Positions 21,866 to 34,084 are shown, counted from the first letter of the stretch. The stretch is DNA of 64,000 nucleotides from Desulfatiglandales bacterium (GCA_963662465.1 OY759599.1:7072001-7136000); one strand, 5' to 3'. Program-made: numbers and translations. Notes: generated by a model not told the origin, from the letters alone.

Positions 21866-22070
21866 GTCCCCAACGGGGCGTGACATACCAGCCCGGGGCA
21901 ACGCCCTGGGAACAGGTTGTAAAGATCGTCGAGCCCTGAAAGGGCTTGACATTATACACATAATTTACAGGCAGCCTAATTTATGTAACGCCCTTTCAGG
22001 GCTGATGTTGTTGTTAAACCCTCACCCAGGGCGTTGCCCCGGGCTGATATGTAATGCCCTTTCAGGGCTA
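21866..22070. repeat. REP-like palindrome cluster (GCCCTGAAAGGGC; CCCAGGGCGTTGCCCTGGG)
   Basis: Inverted pairs; the same units flank tnpA at 22572-22587 and 23071-23155. Confidence 0.85.
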
Positions 22071-22269
22071 GAGCAGAAAGGTATCAATTCAGTTGCGAAG
22101 CACCATAACGCAGTAGATTCGGTAAAAGAGGCGCTCCCGAAGGGTTCAACTTTTTCCCTGAAAGTCCCTGAATTATTGACAGCATTTCGGTGTTTGCAGG
22201 GGGTGTGCATTTATTGCATAACATTTTAATATTTCATTATTTTTATTCAATTTCAAGAAAGTTGAATGC

Positions 22270-22492
22270 AGCTTTTAGGTGCAATACGAAGGTAATCATC
22301 CTGATTGCGAATCACATGGTCATGGAACGATTTCCGCCACGGCGAGAACCCCAAACGTTTTGTAATGGATCCTTTCCATTGCTTGATGATCCGGGATACC
22401 GTAGGGGCGACCTGTGGTCGCCCGTTAACCTGTGGTCGCCCGTCATTTGTAAACGGGCGAACATAAGGCGGGCGAACACAGTTCGCCCCTAC
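22270..22492 (-). pseudogene. Y1/RAYT transposase fragment with GTAG-type REPs
   Basis: IIKQWKGSITK..WRKSFHDHVIRN; GTAGGGGCGA..TCGCCC palindromes. Confidence 0.7.
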
Positions 22493-22607
22493 ATCGTACC
22501 CCTGCAACCGGTTACGTTTTCGTGTTGGGTATTTGGAGGCATTTACCTGGGAACATTGAGCAAAGATCGTCGAGCCCTGTAAGGGCTTGATATACATGGG
22601 AGATCGC

Positions 22608-23063
22608 ATGGCCCAATCACTCGCGAAGATAGCATTACACCTCGTGTACAGTACGAAAAATCGGGAACCCTGGATTAAAGACTTGAGTTTGCGGTCTCGC
22701 TTGCACGCCTATCTTGCCGGGGCGTGTAGAGCGGTAGGCAGCGAAGCATACCGCGTGGGGGGCACCGATGATCACGTTCATATCGCATGTACATTGCCGC
22801 GAACGTTAACCGTAAGCAAATTGCTGGAGGAGATCAAGAAATCGTCATCGATATGGGTGAAGAAGCAGGATGACCAACTTCGATTGTTTGCTTGGCAGGC
22901 CGGATACGGTGCTTTTTCCGTTGGAACGTCGCAGGTACCCGTGCTGATGAACTACATTGACAATCAACTGGAACACCACCATTCAAGCACCTTTAAAGAG
23001 GAATTTCTGAACTTCCTCAACCGCTATGGAATTGAATACGATGAACGATATCTCTGGGACTGA
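22608..23063 (+). CDS. tnpA: IS200-family (Y1 HUH) transposase flanked by inverted REPs
   Basis: HLVYSTKNR, DHVHI, WQAGYGAFSV, YIDNQLEHH. Confidence 0.92.
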   Translation: MAQSLAKIALHLVYSTKNREPWIKDLSLRSRLHAYLAGACRAVGSEAYRVGGTDDHVHIACTLPRTLTVSKLLEEIKKSSSIWVKKQDDQLRLFAWQAGYGAFSVGTSQVPVLMNYIDNQLEHHHSSTFKEEFLNFLNRYGIEYDERYLWD

Positions 23064-23513
23064 AAGGGGTGTCACGCCCTTTCAGGGCTTCGGTTTTTGT
23101 GGATTTAAACCCAGGGCGTTGCCCTGGGCTGGTATGTATTGCCCTTTCAGGGCAAAAAATTGAAATGGTCAAAAATTGATTAATAAACCAATATTTGAAG
23201 GGTTATGCAGGTGGGGTGGGGCCAAGCTAACCGATTAGAATGATTAGTGATACTATGAAAACAAGACCCTGTGGAGCCATCGGGACGTCCATAAGTTTAT
23301 AAGAAACTCGCGCAAAGGCGCCAAGCCGCAAAGAAGAGACGAAAGATGACGGAAGACGAAGGACAGCGGTGAGACGACAGATGGCCTCTCCCTACTGGGC
23401 ATGGAGATAATTGCTGGGAAATTGTTCATGGAAGAATCCAGAGGACGGGGAGGGACTGAGGGACAAAGAGACTAAGGGCCGCAGGGATTTGATTTGAAAA
23501 TAATCGGTGATTT

Positions 23514-23849
23514 TTATTCCACCCAAATAAGCCGACGGGCTATGGCGCAGGCCTTTGCAAGGGTTTGCCTGTCAAGTGTGCCGATTTTTTTCACCAGTCG
23601 TTTTTTGTCCAGGCTTCTCAGTTGATCGAGCATGATCTTGGAATCCCTGTCGAGCCCACCTGTACCACGGAGAATGAACATTTCAAAGGGATATACCTTG
23701 CCGGTTGAAGAGGTTATGGGAGCAACAATCAATCTGGGCGAACTGTGATTCATGGCATTTACCGAAATGATGAGTCCTGGCCTGGTCTTGCCGATTTCGG
23801 TTTGTACCGTGGGGTCCAGATTCACAAGATAGATGTCTCCCTGATTCAT
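23514..23849 (-). CDS. MazF/PemK toxin
   Basis: GDIYLVNLDP..EIGKTRP, DQLRSLDKKRL. Confidence 0.92.
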   Translation of the reverse strand: MNQGDIYLVNLDPTVQTEIGKTRPGLIISVNAMNHSSPRLIVAPITSSTGKVYPFEMFILRGTGGLDRDSKIMLDQLRSLDKKRLVKKIGTLDRQTLAKACAIARRLIWVE

Positions 23850-23850
23850 T

Positions 23851-24093
23851 TCAACGCCATCCCTCTGTGTCCAATGGTTTCCAGTCGTTGATGGCGGCTT
23901 CACGTGCTTTGTCGGTTGCAGCCTCGGCAAATTCCAGACGCAACGCCTTTTCTTCACTTTCCCGTATCTTTCTTAGAACTTCGCGCTTCAATAATTCATT
24001 GACAGCTCGGCTTTTTTGACGGTTGGGTACCAGTTGGCCAAAACTTTCCCATGTCTCCCGTTCAAGGGTTAAATTTACTCTGATCTGTTCCAT
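23851..24093 (-). CDS. Antitoxin of the MazF-type toxin
   Basis: Small upstream ORF with RHH-like N-terminus. Confidence 0.75.
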   Translation of the reverse strand: MEQIRVNLTLERETWESFGQLVPNRQKSRAVNELLKREVLRKIRESEEKALRLEFAEAATDKAREAAINDWKPLDTEGWR

Positions 24094-24327
24094 CTGTCCC
24101 CCCTTTGTTCATTTATATCCATAGGGCCTGTATTGTAATACAGTGAAGTCAGGATTTCAATCAGAAACAGGCTTGAGGTCGTGGGGCTGCGGGATGTCCA
24201 TGTGGGCCGGGGTCAGGCTTTCCTTATTGTCGTTATTGGGTATTGGAAATCAAATGGGCGAATTGTACTTGACTGTCAATATTGCATATTATAATGTGAG
24301 ATAAAATCAAATTGTGCATAATATAAT

Positions 24328-24645
24328 ATGGAAAAAATATTAATATCCCATAACCGCCATTGGGAAACCCCCTATCAGGGGCTGTACCCGAGACAGATGT
24401 TCCAGAAGCTGGTCAGGCAGCTATCAGCAAGGCATATCCAGGTATTGCAGGGGATCCGGAGAAGCGGTAAATCCACGGTGTTCAAGCTGATGATCAATCA
24501 TCTTTCAGCATTGCACGACCCCATGGAAATCTTGTACCTGAACCTTGAGGACCCGTTTTTCATCCAGTTCAGCCAGTCGCCTGAAAAACTCTACGACGTC
24601 ATCGATACGGCCCGAAAATTGACGGGGCAGGAAGGCCGGAAGTAG
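24328..24645 (+). pseudogene. AAA_14-type ATPase, N-terminal fragment
   Basis: GIRRSGKST Walker A, YLNLED; only 105 aa. Confidence 0.75.
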
Positions 24646-24766
24646 GCGGTTCGAAGCGTTAGGCGTGCCCTTTTCCCCTAGAGCTTTTCTGTTGTTTATG
24701 GATAAAATATAGAAAAGCCAAACCAAATATGATCATTATCAACCCACCTAAGATGACAGAATACAT

Positions 24767-24964
24767 CTATGCCTCCTTTTCGATAAATATGGCTAATAAG
24801 TATACGAAAACAGAAATAATTACGCCCAAAAAAACCAATATCGGGTTTATTTTAAGTTGATGAAACAAAGGTGCAATGACTGAAGCGGCGAAAATGATCT
24901 TGCCAGTATCAGTTAGAATGTCTGCAATCCTTTTCTTTTGTTTTTCGTTCAGAATCATAGCCAT
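24767..24964 (-). CDS. Small two-TM membrane protein
   Basis: Two hydrophobic helices. Confidence 0.55.
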   Translation of the reverse strand: MAMILNEKQKKRIADILTDTGKIIFAASVIAPLFHQLKINPILVFLGVIISVFVYLLAIFIEKEA

Positions 24965-25134
24965 TCGCTTCCCATTTCTTTAACTTTATACTCAGATTGG
25001 AGTTGTGTCAATTTAAAAAGAAGCTTCTGGACGGAGAGCGAACAGAACCTGTCAAGAGAAATTTGGGACAGACCCCATTTACTCTTTTTCACCATGAAGG
25101 ACATGAAGGGCGTGAAGATTGACGCGGGCTTGTA

Positions 25135-25453
25135 ATGACGGAACCAAAAATCATCCATCTGGGCGGTGAACATGCGGATGGGGTCGGGCCGGGGTAAGTA
25201 CTCAATATGTAAGGAAGAATATCTAATTTTCCCCTTTAAAACGGGCCTATATTGATCTTTTCGGGGCCAAAAAGTTTGTTTTTCTTTGAGATTATGGCGA
25301 GAGCAAAGCGACATTTTATTCCGGGGTACATCTGGCATATCCCTATAAGGCGATGATAACGGTGCACCCGCAGCGTTGGACGGATGATCCATTTCAATGG
25401 ACTAAGGAGCTGGTTTGGCAGAATTTGAAGAATTTGGTGAAGCGCTTTTTGAT
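25135..25453 (+). pseudogene. Patchwork of gene fragments: MBL N-terminus, RAYT left end and N-terminus, 'HPQRW' protein C-terminus
   Basis: MTEPKIIHLGGE (25135); MARAKRHFIPGYIWHI (25294); MITVHPQRWTDDPFQWTKELVWQNLKNLVKR (25353). Confidence 0.65.
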
Positions 25454-26069
25454 CCACAGATCACGCAGATGAAACGACCGCAACAACGGTTTCACGGCGC
25501 AGGCAGAGACGCGGAGAGAACAGACCTCAATATTCTGACAGGATTAACGGGATAAAAGAAAAGGGTCATCAGTATCTTGAAAATCGTGTAAATCCTGTCA
25601 AAATAACAGCGTTGGCTCGGCAGCTTAAACGGCAAAAGCCCGCTCTGGGAAAAAAATTGGACACGGATGAACACAGATGAACGCGGATAGTTTATTGCAG
25701 AATAAAAGGGTGGAGGACGGAAGGCTGAGGACGGAAGGCAGAGGACGGAGAGCCGGAGATTAGAAAGCCGAAGGGAAACGAATCAATCCCATTTGGTCGA
25801 AATGATGATCGAAAGCGAAGACCTCCGTGATGTTTAAGCGCTTCATCAGCGCATACGAGGTGCAATCTGTAAATGACCCCATTTTATCGACGTTGTACTT
25901 CTCGAACGTATCCCAAGCTTCCTTTGGGCTACGGCCACAAGCCGGGACAAAATGTTTGAATACGATTCAAAAGATTGAATGATTGATCGGAAATTGAGGA
26001 AACAACAAGAGTGAAACCGAAAAAAAACAACCATGGGAGGCGAATTTATAAAATGGCAATTTCAGCGAC

Positions 26070-26176
26070 CAGGGCAACCACAGGGGGTTGCCCCTACGGG
26101 AGACCGCGATAACCGGTAAAACCAGATTGGCATTGACCTCGATGTCCCGTAGGGGCAGGCCCCTGTGCCTGCCCTG
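26070..26176. repeat. GTAG-type REP pair
   Basis: GGGCAACCACAGGGGGTTGCCCCTAC and GTAGGGGCAGGCCCCTGTGCCTGCCC. Confidence 0.75.
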
Positions 26177-26364
26177 TCCCCATGCCTACCGAGTCCCGTA
26201 TCCACCCCCAAAACAACCCATAATACGCAACCCAGGCGTGGGCAACCGGAAATCGAGGAAGCGACAAGGTAACTTTTTTGTATTGCACCCTTCCAAACTC
26301 TGGTGGGGATGGATGGATGGATGAAAGTCAGGCATTGGTCAGGCTGTCCCGCTTTGTGTCCGTA

Positions 26365-26634
26365 GCCTTCCTTTGCGATGGTATCATCGATCCAAATCAT
26401 GTCAAGAACATGTTCCGCTATGAGAATATCAATCATTGCTTTGTACTGAATGGTTGGAGCATATCCGATATTCATGAGAAGGAGGGTAAACAGCTCATCC
26501 AAAATATAATTGGATGTGACAAGCTTACGCCTGCTGGTAATCTCGTTTCTGAACCTTATTGCGCTGAGATGCTCCTTATCGGCTTTATCAGCCAGGGCAT
26601 CCCAGGCACTGGTATCGACAAAGAGCTGATTCAC
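26365..26634 (-). pseudogene. PIN toxin, 3'-truncated
   Basis: LFVDTSAWDAL, VTSNYILDELFTLL. Confidence 0.8.
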
Positions 26635-26897
26635 GACTGCTTTCCGTAAAGATAGAGGTCGTGGTCTCGGGCTGCGTCTCTTAAACAACCGGGCACGGCA
26701 TCATCCCCAAGAGACTCGAACGTTTGCCATCCCTTTTCGGAGGGACTTGTATCTTCAATCATGTCGGACGCCGCTTGGATGCGAATTTCTCCGGGTTTCA
26801 TTTCGACCTGTAATCGTGCCCCCAAACCTGCCTTATGCAGCCAACGCTTATCTATCCAAACGCCTTGACTGACATTTAGAATTTGTCTTTCCTGCAT
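26631..26897 (-). CDS. Putative antitoxin
   Basis: Ends DAARDHDLYLYG; overlaps the PIN start. Confidence 0.75.
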   Translation of the reverse strand: MQERQILNVSQGVWIDKRWLHKAGLGARLQVEMKPGEIRIQAASDMIEDTSPSEKGWQTFESLGDDAVPGCLRDAARDHDLYLYGKQS

Positions 26898-26983
26898 GGC
26901 GCAACTCCTTTGTAAAAAATACTTAGATTGCCCAGATTCTAATCCCCTGATCCTATTTTGTCAACAATATGGGCGCGTAGAGG

Positions 26984-28904
26984 CAGGGTGAATTTATTCT
27001 TCCGAATTATCCAAATAAAATATAAAAGTTGCGCTACATTATGGACAGAAACCCTCGGATGGTGTATATACTGTGACAGGCACCAAACCAATTCGGGGTT
27101 TAAATTCTTGAACGTTAAGCAAGTCCGCATTCAAATAGTCCGCCCGCTTGAAGAACAACGCTTTCAGCATCTGATGTAGTCGCATCATTATTTGGGCGCT
27201 CTTCCCAAGATCAGCGAAACCCTCTGGTATACAGCTAGACTAAATAGTGAGTGGATTGCGCTTGTCAGTTTTTCTGCTCCCGCTTTGAAATGTACACCAA
27301 GGGACAGCTGGATCGGATGGAATTTTCGCCATCAATACGATCGACTGAAACTGGTAACCAATAACAGTCGTTTTCTAATTTTGCCCGAATGGCATATTCC
27401 GAATCTCGCATCCCGTATCCTTTCATTATGTCGGAAGCGAATGCAGGCTGATTGGCAGGAGCGTTTCGGGCATCCGGTTGTACTCCTGGAAACCTTTGTG
27501 GACCCAAAGCAATTCCACGGAACCGTATATCGAGCGTCCAATTGGATATATGTTGGTAAAACAAAGGGTTTTCATCGAACTCGCCAAGGCTACAGCGATA
27601 AAGCGGATTCACCGAAAATGGTTTTTCTTAAACCATTGGTTTCCAATGTTCAAGCACTGTTATCCCGACCTGTTCTCAAAAAACCATATCTTACAGGAGG
27701 TTACAAAATCATGCTCAGTGCGGAACATATGAAATCTCTACCCGACTTTTTTGCTCAAATTCCCGACCCGCGTCGATCCCAGGGACGACGTCACAGGCTC
27801 TCCACTGTTCTGGCCATTGCCACCGCCGCAACACTGTGCGGAATGCGCGGTTATCTGGCGATATCCGATTGGGTAAATGGTCTTGGACAAAAAGCCCTTG
27901 AGCGTTTCCGTTGCCGATATGAAAATAAGCGCTATGTAGCTCCCAGTCAGTCTACTATCCGTGATGTTCTGGTTCGCGTTGACCCCACAGAACTCGACAA
28001 AGCTCTCCAGCGTTGGAATCTGCTTTACGGTGAACAGGACGAAAGCTTGGCCATCGATGGAAAAACCATGTGTAATGCCATCGATGAACAAGGTTATCAG
28101 ACTCACATCATGAGTGCTGTCGGCCATCAAACTAAGACCTGTTACACCCAAAAAAAGTCGGTTCTCTCCCTGTAGAAGGCAAAGACGAACTCAAGCGAAC
28201 CAATGAAATCAAAACGGCTGCCCCTTTACTGGACGCGATTGATATCGAAGGCAAAGTCATTTCAGCTGATGCACTGCTAACCCAAAGGGCTTTTGCTAAA
28301 TATTTGGTTTAGCAACGCAACGCCCATTACCATTTCATCGCCAAAAACAACCAGCCCACATTACTTCAAGACATTTCCCTGTATTTTGAGGACTGCAACG
28401 ATCCTGATTTCATACAACACGATGCTCCCGATCATGGTCGCATCGAAGTGCGCAAAATATGGACGACTACCGAACTTAACCTATACCTGGATTTCCCGTA
28501 TGTCGGCCAGGCTTTTATGATCCAGAGAGAAGTTATAAACAAGAAAACCGGTAAATGCACAGTTGAGGTTGCTTACGGCATAACGAGTCAAGCACCTGAT
28601 CAGGCGAATCCCGAACGTGTACTTTCTATCAATCGCGGTCACTGGACCATTGAAAACGAGTGCCATTACATCATCGACTGGAACTACGACGAAGATCGAA
28701 GCCGAATAAGAACCGGCAATGGTCCTGAAAACATGACCAGGCTGCGTAGATTCGCAGTTGGCATCATTAAGGCGAAAGGCGTTCGCAGTGTAGCTCAGAA
28801 AATGCGCCAGCTCACGCAGAACGTAAGGGGTGTCTTCGACTATCTCAAGATGACCAAAAATTCAGTGCCCCAAGCGTGATACCTGTTAGAACAAATTTAC
28901 CGTG
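26984..28904 (+). mobile_element. ISAs1-family IS with N-terminal DUF4338 domain (inactivated)
   Basis: IR CAGGGTGAATTTATTCT / AGAACAAATTTACCGTG; 10-bp TSD CGCGTAGAGG; PDPR, AIDGKT and RGHWTIEN motifs; two premature TAG stops; A7G slippery site at 28150. Confidence 0.92.
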
Positions 28905-29052
28905 CGCGTAGAGGGCGGAGGGCAGAAGACAGTTTTGAGTTTTGGGTTTTGGGTTTTGAGTTGAAGGGAAAGGGCGGAGGTCGGAGGGCAGTTTTGGGTT
29001 TTGGGTTTTGGGTTTTGAGTTTTGGGTTGAAGGGAAAGGGCGGAGGTGAGCC

Positions 29053-29403
29053 TTATCCTTTGCTGGATGCTGAAATGAGGTGCTCATTTTTGAATTTCTT
29101 GAGATCCAACACATCAAAGGCATACGCACGGCCGGCCTTGCAGGCCGTCAAACGCCCCTTTTTAATCCACCTTCTCAGCGTTACCTCTGAGATCCCGAGA
29201 TATTCTGAAGCCTCCTTCAGATTCAATGGCTTTAACGCGATTTCAGTTTGCCACTGCTTCAGATCCAGCACCTCAGGGGAGTCTTGATGTGTCCCCATTA
29301 TCCCATATTTTAAAATGTACACGCCCAGCTTTTCCTTTTCTTTTTCAGGAAGCTGGTAGATTGAATCAATGACGTTTTCTGCAGTTTGCATGGTTACCTC
29401 CAT
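29053..29403 (-). CDS. HTH_17 (excisionase-like) DNA-binding protein, putative antitoxin
   Basis: LNLKEASEYLGISEVTLRRWIKKG. Confidence 0.8.
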   Translation of the reverse strand: MEVTMQTAENVIDSIYQLPEKEKEKLGVYILKYGIMGTHQDSPEVLDLKQWQTEIALKPLNLKEASEYLGISEVTLRRWIKKGRLTACKAGRAYAFDVLDLKKFKNEHLISASSKG

Positions 29404-29404
29404 G

Positions 29405-29678
29405 TTTCTTTAAGATATTTCTTGAGATCTCTGTAGAAGTTCTCGTGAGGGCCTGTCTATAGAACAAGTGAATCGTCTTCAAGTTTATAAGCCATTAGCG
29501 TCAAATGGCGACCCATGCTGAACTTGTATACTCGAAAACCGTCCAAATCTCCTTTTTTCGATTCACCGATGGTCGGATTCGTGACGATATCCTCAACGGC
29601 ATCCAACACAACCTGTTGAAAATGCCTTGGAAGCTTTTTTATATACTTTTTGAATGGCGGCATCTGAAGAATCTTCAT
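29405..29678 (-). pseudogene. RelE/ParE-like toxin with premature stop
   Basis: GESKKGDLDGFRVYKF; GPHENFYRDLK follows the stop at 29457. Confidence 0.8.
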
Positions 29679-29898
29679 GTCTGTAAGTTATCATAGGTTA
29701 TCATATCTTGTCAATGTAAACGAGATCAGAAGTTGGAATAATCTGAAACCCCCGGACAAAACCTCCTTAGCCTGGTGGATCGAAAAGGCATTGACGCAGT
29801 TGCCTGATCTAAAAAAGAAGTAACTCGCGCAGAGACGCGGAGGGAAGAAGGGTTTTTTTGTTTTTTTCGTAATTCCAGGGACATCTACTTCGGTAGTA

Positions 29899-30252
29899 TC
29901 AGGTAAAGCTTTCCTCTTTAATTCCGAATGCTTTGGCCAGTTTCTCCCTGGTTGCTTTGCGATAGACAGCGCCCTGTCGTTCCCATTTTGCCACCGTAGC
30001 CTGTTTCACCCCAATTCGGTTGGCCAGGTCCTCCTGAGTCCACCCTTTGTCGAGCCGCTCTCGTTTTACTGGATTCATGAATATATACGCTTCCGCTTCA
30101 TCTTGCTCATAAAGCGGTTGTGATGGGGCTTCATGGATGTCCCGCAAATCGGATTCATCCTGCAGTCGTTCCATGATTTTGCCAAACTCCTCCACGGGCA
30201 GCACCACAAATTTAACTTTCCCATTTTCGCTTATGGTCTGATATTCCATCAT
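29899..30252 (-). CDS. XRE-HTH antitoxin
   Basis: GWTQEDLANRIGVKQATVAKWE. Confidence 0.85.
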   Translation of the reverse strand: MMEYQTISENGKVKFVVLPVEEFGKIMERLQDESDLRDIHEAPSQPLYEQDEAEAYIFMNPVKRERLDKGWTQEDLANRIGVKQATVAKWERQGAVYRKATREKLAKAFGIKEESFT

Positions 30253-30512
30253 TACCTCTTGTAAACATCGCCTCTCGGGCGGATTTTGACGACTTCTATG
30301 ATCAATTGGTTATCTTCCCGCATATAAAGCACGCGATACTGTCCTACTCTCAGGCGGTATCCCTTCTTTCCCTGCAAGACGTCGACATCAAGGGTGAGAT
30401 CATCCGGATCTGCGGCAAGCTGATGCAACTGGTCCACTATGGCCGATTTGGCTTTGCGCGGCAACCGCGCGAGGTAGTTTCGTGCCTGACGTCTGTATTT
30501 CAATGTGTGCAT
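30252..30512 (-). CDS. RelE-family toxin
   Basis: YRLRVGQYRVLY..IRPRGDVYK. Confidence 0.9.
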   Translation of the reverse strand: MHTLKYRRQARNYLARLPRKAKSAIVDQLHQLAADPDDLTLDVDVLQGKKGYRLRVGQYRVLYMREDNQLIIEVVKIRPRGDVYKR

Positions 30513-30517
30513 CTTTT

Positions 30518-30545
30518 ATTATAGCCTTAAAAGATATATTGTCAA
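30518..30545 (-). promoter_or_regulatory. Sigma70-like promoter TTGACA-16-TATAAT
   Basis: Consensus hexamers 5 bp upstream of the relE ATG. Confidence 0.65.
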
Positions 30546-30561
30546 TAGAGGGGATCAGGCG

Positions 30562-32504
30562 GAGAGGTTTGCGCTGTACCGTTTTTGTGCCGTACCGGGG
30601 GTGTTCTGGGCCCCAAAAAAACGCGGGCGCGAGGTCTGAGAGGGCGACATGGCAGCAGAATATTATGGTTTCCAAAGACATACCCCAAAAACCCGATAAT
30701 TGGACATGCTAATCCCTTTAAATTTAAATTAAATCATTTATTTATAACTATTTTAAATAAATTGGATTAGGCGGCTCTGGCTATTGGCCGTACAAGGGAG
30801 CGCATTTGCTCAATACGGCCAGCCCTTACATGACCAAGGGCCATTGCCATCATTACGGCGGTGGCCAAGCAAACTCTTGTTTGCATTTTGGCTTGGCCGC
30901 GTATGTAATGTTTCTCAAAACCAAAATCATTATCGATCCGACTGTTGATTCTCTCCAAAGAAGAACGCCGATTATACGCTCGGTCCCAACCCTGCGTACC
31001 ATAGGGAATGGGTGTGAAGATTCGCCGATCTTCCTCAGTGATATTTATTCTGACAATTCGCCCATAATCTCCGGGATTAACTTGCCCCGCAGATGAACAC
31101 TCTCCACATCCTTCACAGGAAAAGCCGTTTGCAGCTGCGGGACAACGATATTTCAGGGTATTGCGATTTTTTTCAAAGCCACAAAAAGCCATGTCCCGCT
31201 GTTCTCCAGTAGCCGGACAAATACAATGGACTGTCCCTTTCTCAGTATACACAATGGTATCTGCCCGGTCAGGATAAAGAGGTCGTGTGATCGGTTTTGC
31301 AGGATCGTATCCCGGCTCATTCTTTTCATCTCTCCACAGTTCACGGGTATCAATGCCGGGCCGAATCCCATATTCATCCAACAGCTGAGCCTTAGTTTTG
31401 CCGGAATCCAAACCACGGTCCGCCACAAAATCATCACAGCGCTCGCCAAGCTGCGGTGTTTCCTCAAAAATTTCTTTGATCATGCTTCGCAGTTCCTTGT
31501 GTTCCGAATGCGAGGCAGGTGTTACATGAACTGCCACCGGAATTTCATATAGGGTATCAGCGATCAAATGAAGGCCATATCCAAACCAGCTTTTTACTTT
31601 TGTCCACTGCTTTCCGGTTTTACTGTCTGTCCCTTTCGTTTCATGCTTGCCCCAATCTGCATCCGTATCGGAGGTTTCACCGGTTTTCCGGCTTTCTTGT
31701 CCCGTACTATAACTGTTGATAGCCTTGCCGTCATACCCTAAATGACAACCAAAATCAGGGAGTTCTGTCATTAAGGATTCTCGAAGCCCACGCACCATGC
31801 CGCTGACCATATTACCATATTCTTCCAGTTCTATGACGCTCCTTAAAAATCTTGAGAAATTCCAACTACCTGGAACCAAAAAATATGCATTTCCGCTCTC
31901 AGACCGTATGATTTCCATTCGGCCCGTTTCCTCATTGCGTCTCAGTTCAGCTACCGGTTTTTTTTGCCTCGGCAGAATATCAAATCCGCATGCCTCTAAT
32001 AACGCCGGATTCCTGGACAATTCGCGAATCAAAGATTCAATGGATGCATGCTGGAACACGACTCCCGCAATAAGCGCGTTCCACATTGCGCGTATCGGAA
32101 AATCATCTCTCCCATTGCCGCGACGCTTTTCAAGTGCCGCTACAATATTCTCATCAGGCAGATTATCGCGCACCAGATAGAAACGGTCCAAATCCGAGCG
32201 TGCTTCGACATCATTCCACGAAAAAAGAAACGGACTCACTGCTGCCAAGTTTCGGCCTCCATCAAATATTTAAAGAAACACTCTATCCTGTTATCTGATG
32301 AAGGCATTGTACAATATTTTGTATTAAAATCAAGGTATTCCGACAAGTTCTTTCGCTTGGGGTGAAAAAATGGAAAATTCCGACTCGATCTAGCTAAGTG
32401 CTTGATTTCAGGATGCCCACCCATCTTTTTTTTGGGGTAATGTTTTTTTGACACTGCCAAATCCCTCCAGGATACCAGAGACTTAAGCACAGCGCAAACC
32501 CCTC
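30562..32504 (-). mobile_element. IS-B copy 2 (transposase 30767-32248)
   Basis: Same IRs and protein as copy 1; AGGCG duplicated on both sides. Confidence 0.95.
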
Positions 32505-32724
32505 AGGCGTTCCTTAATGCAACTTTGAAGGACCATCAATGCCTGTTCATAAAACAATTCCTGAAAATATAAGTCAGCTGAAACCAGAGGAGAGGCATCC
32601 CACCAGCACTTTTACAGGGTTCCTGATGGGAGGGGTGTGAGAAGCGCGTCCATAAGTTTATAAGAAACTCGCGCAAGATGCAAAGAAGGAAGGGCTCTGA
32701 GCGTAGCTACAAATAACTGGTAAT

Positions 32725-33062
32725 CTATCCGCACGCAACCAGATAAAAACATAGATGCTTTGCTATTTGATTTGAATCCTTTTCACTCAGATGTCCTATC
32801 TTTTTCTGCAATAGTCGGTTATCGAGCGTGAAAAACTTAAACCGGACCAGACATGGGAGGCGTAATCCAGCATCGGCATAATCGCTGATTTGGGAGTCGC
32901 CTGGCCATGCAGGCTCTTTTTTCGTGATTATCATGGCAAGGATTGTGTGGTTACTTCTGTTAAATTCCATGTTACTGAGCACGACCGCAGGGCGGTTTTT
33001 CGTTTAGGTCTATCAACAAATGGGAAAGGGACGGTGACCACATCATATTGGCTACAGATCAT
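32725..33062 (-). pseudogene. MazF/PemK-like toxin, frameshifted
   Basis: YDVVTVPFPFVD in one frame; LAMIIT..GLRLPCLVR in another. Confidence 0.8.
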
Positions 33063-33288
33063 TGAAGGCCTCTTCATCCTCAAGGCTGTTCCACTCTTCA
33101 AGTGTTTCTGCCACTGCTGCGTGGTAAGCTGCGTCAAACGGCTCGACCCTTTTAAGTTTTACACTTTTTCCCTGCAGTTCATAGGCTACTATATCGCCAG
33201 GTTCTATGCCTATAGCCCTCCTTAGGTCCGCTGGTATGGTTACCTGCCCTTTTGTAGATAGTCTGCTCACACGTTGCATTCGATTCAC
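33052..33288 (-). CDS. AbrB/MazE antitoxin
   Basis: LSTKGQVTIPADLRRAIGIEPGD. Confidence 0.9.
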   Translation of the reverse strand: MNRMQRVSRLSTKGQVTIPADLRRAIGIEPGDIVAYELQGKSVKLKRVEPFDAAYHAAVAETLEEWNSLEDEEAFNDL

Positions 33289-33444
33289 CTCTTTACTCCC
33301 CGGTCTTTACTCTTTACAGTAAAGATGTTCTCCGCATTTTGTTTTGTCAACAAAAAAGTGCAGGTGGGGACATCCATAAGTTTATAAGAAACTCGCGCAA
33401 AGACGCTAAGGCGCAAAGATAGAAGCTGAAACCCAAAGGAGAAA

Positions 33445-33738
33445 GATAGAGGGCTGAAGGCAGAGGACAGAAGGCGGAGGGCAGTGTTGGGTTTTGGGTT
33501 TTGGGTTTTGAGTTTTGAGTTGAAGGGAAAGGACGGAGGGCAGTGTTGGGTTTTGGGTTTTGGGTTTTGGGTTTTGAGTTGAAGGGAAAGGGCGGAGGGC
33601 AGTTTTGAGTTTTGGGTTTTGAGTTTTGGGTTGAAGGGAAAGGGCGGAGGTCGGAGGGGAGTGTTGAGTTTTGAGTTTTGGGTTTTGGGTTTTGAGTTGA
33701 AGGGAAAGGGCGGAGGGCGGAGGTCGGATGTCGGAGGA
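33445..33738 (+). repeat. Higher-order repeat of (TTTTGRG)n plus TTGAAGGGAAAGGGCGGAGG
   Basis: About four units; two related units at 28915-29047. Confidence 0.9.
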
Positions 33739-33815
33739 GTGAAAGAGCAAGAAGAAGGAAAGCTGGACGGATTGAAGATTTTTCCAGACGAGAGCCCGCT
33801 TTAGGAGGGGGATGG

Positions 33816-34084
33816 TTATTCAAATAACTCAGCATGGGACCCCACGCGTGCAGGTCTGAGTTCGAATTCAGTGATCGAATAGATCAACAGCCAGTCCGGC
33901 TCCACATGGCATTCTCGAAAATCCCGCCACTCCCCCTTGAGTTTATGATCCCTGAATTCCGGCGGCAGCGCTTTTGGAATAGCGAGCGTTTCAAGGACAT
34001 CCCGTAATTTGGTAAGATTCCGTCCTTGGCGACCGGCTCTTTTCAAGTCCTTTTTGAACCGCGCGGTGGGTCGAAGGGCAACAT
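33816..34084 (-). pseudogene. yafQ: YafQ toxin, frameshift near start
   Basis: DHKLKGEW..RECHVEPDWLLIY..GSHAELF; ATG at 34084 is out of frame. Confidence 0.8.

Noticed and set aside
33445..33738. Possible CRISPR array (regularly spaced TTGAAGGGAAAGGGCGGAGG); similarly 46158-46396
   Set aside because: The intervening sequences are themselves heptamer repeats rather than unique spacers, and no cas genes are present.
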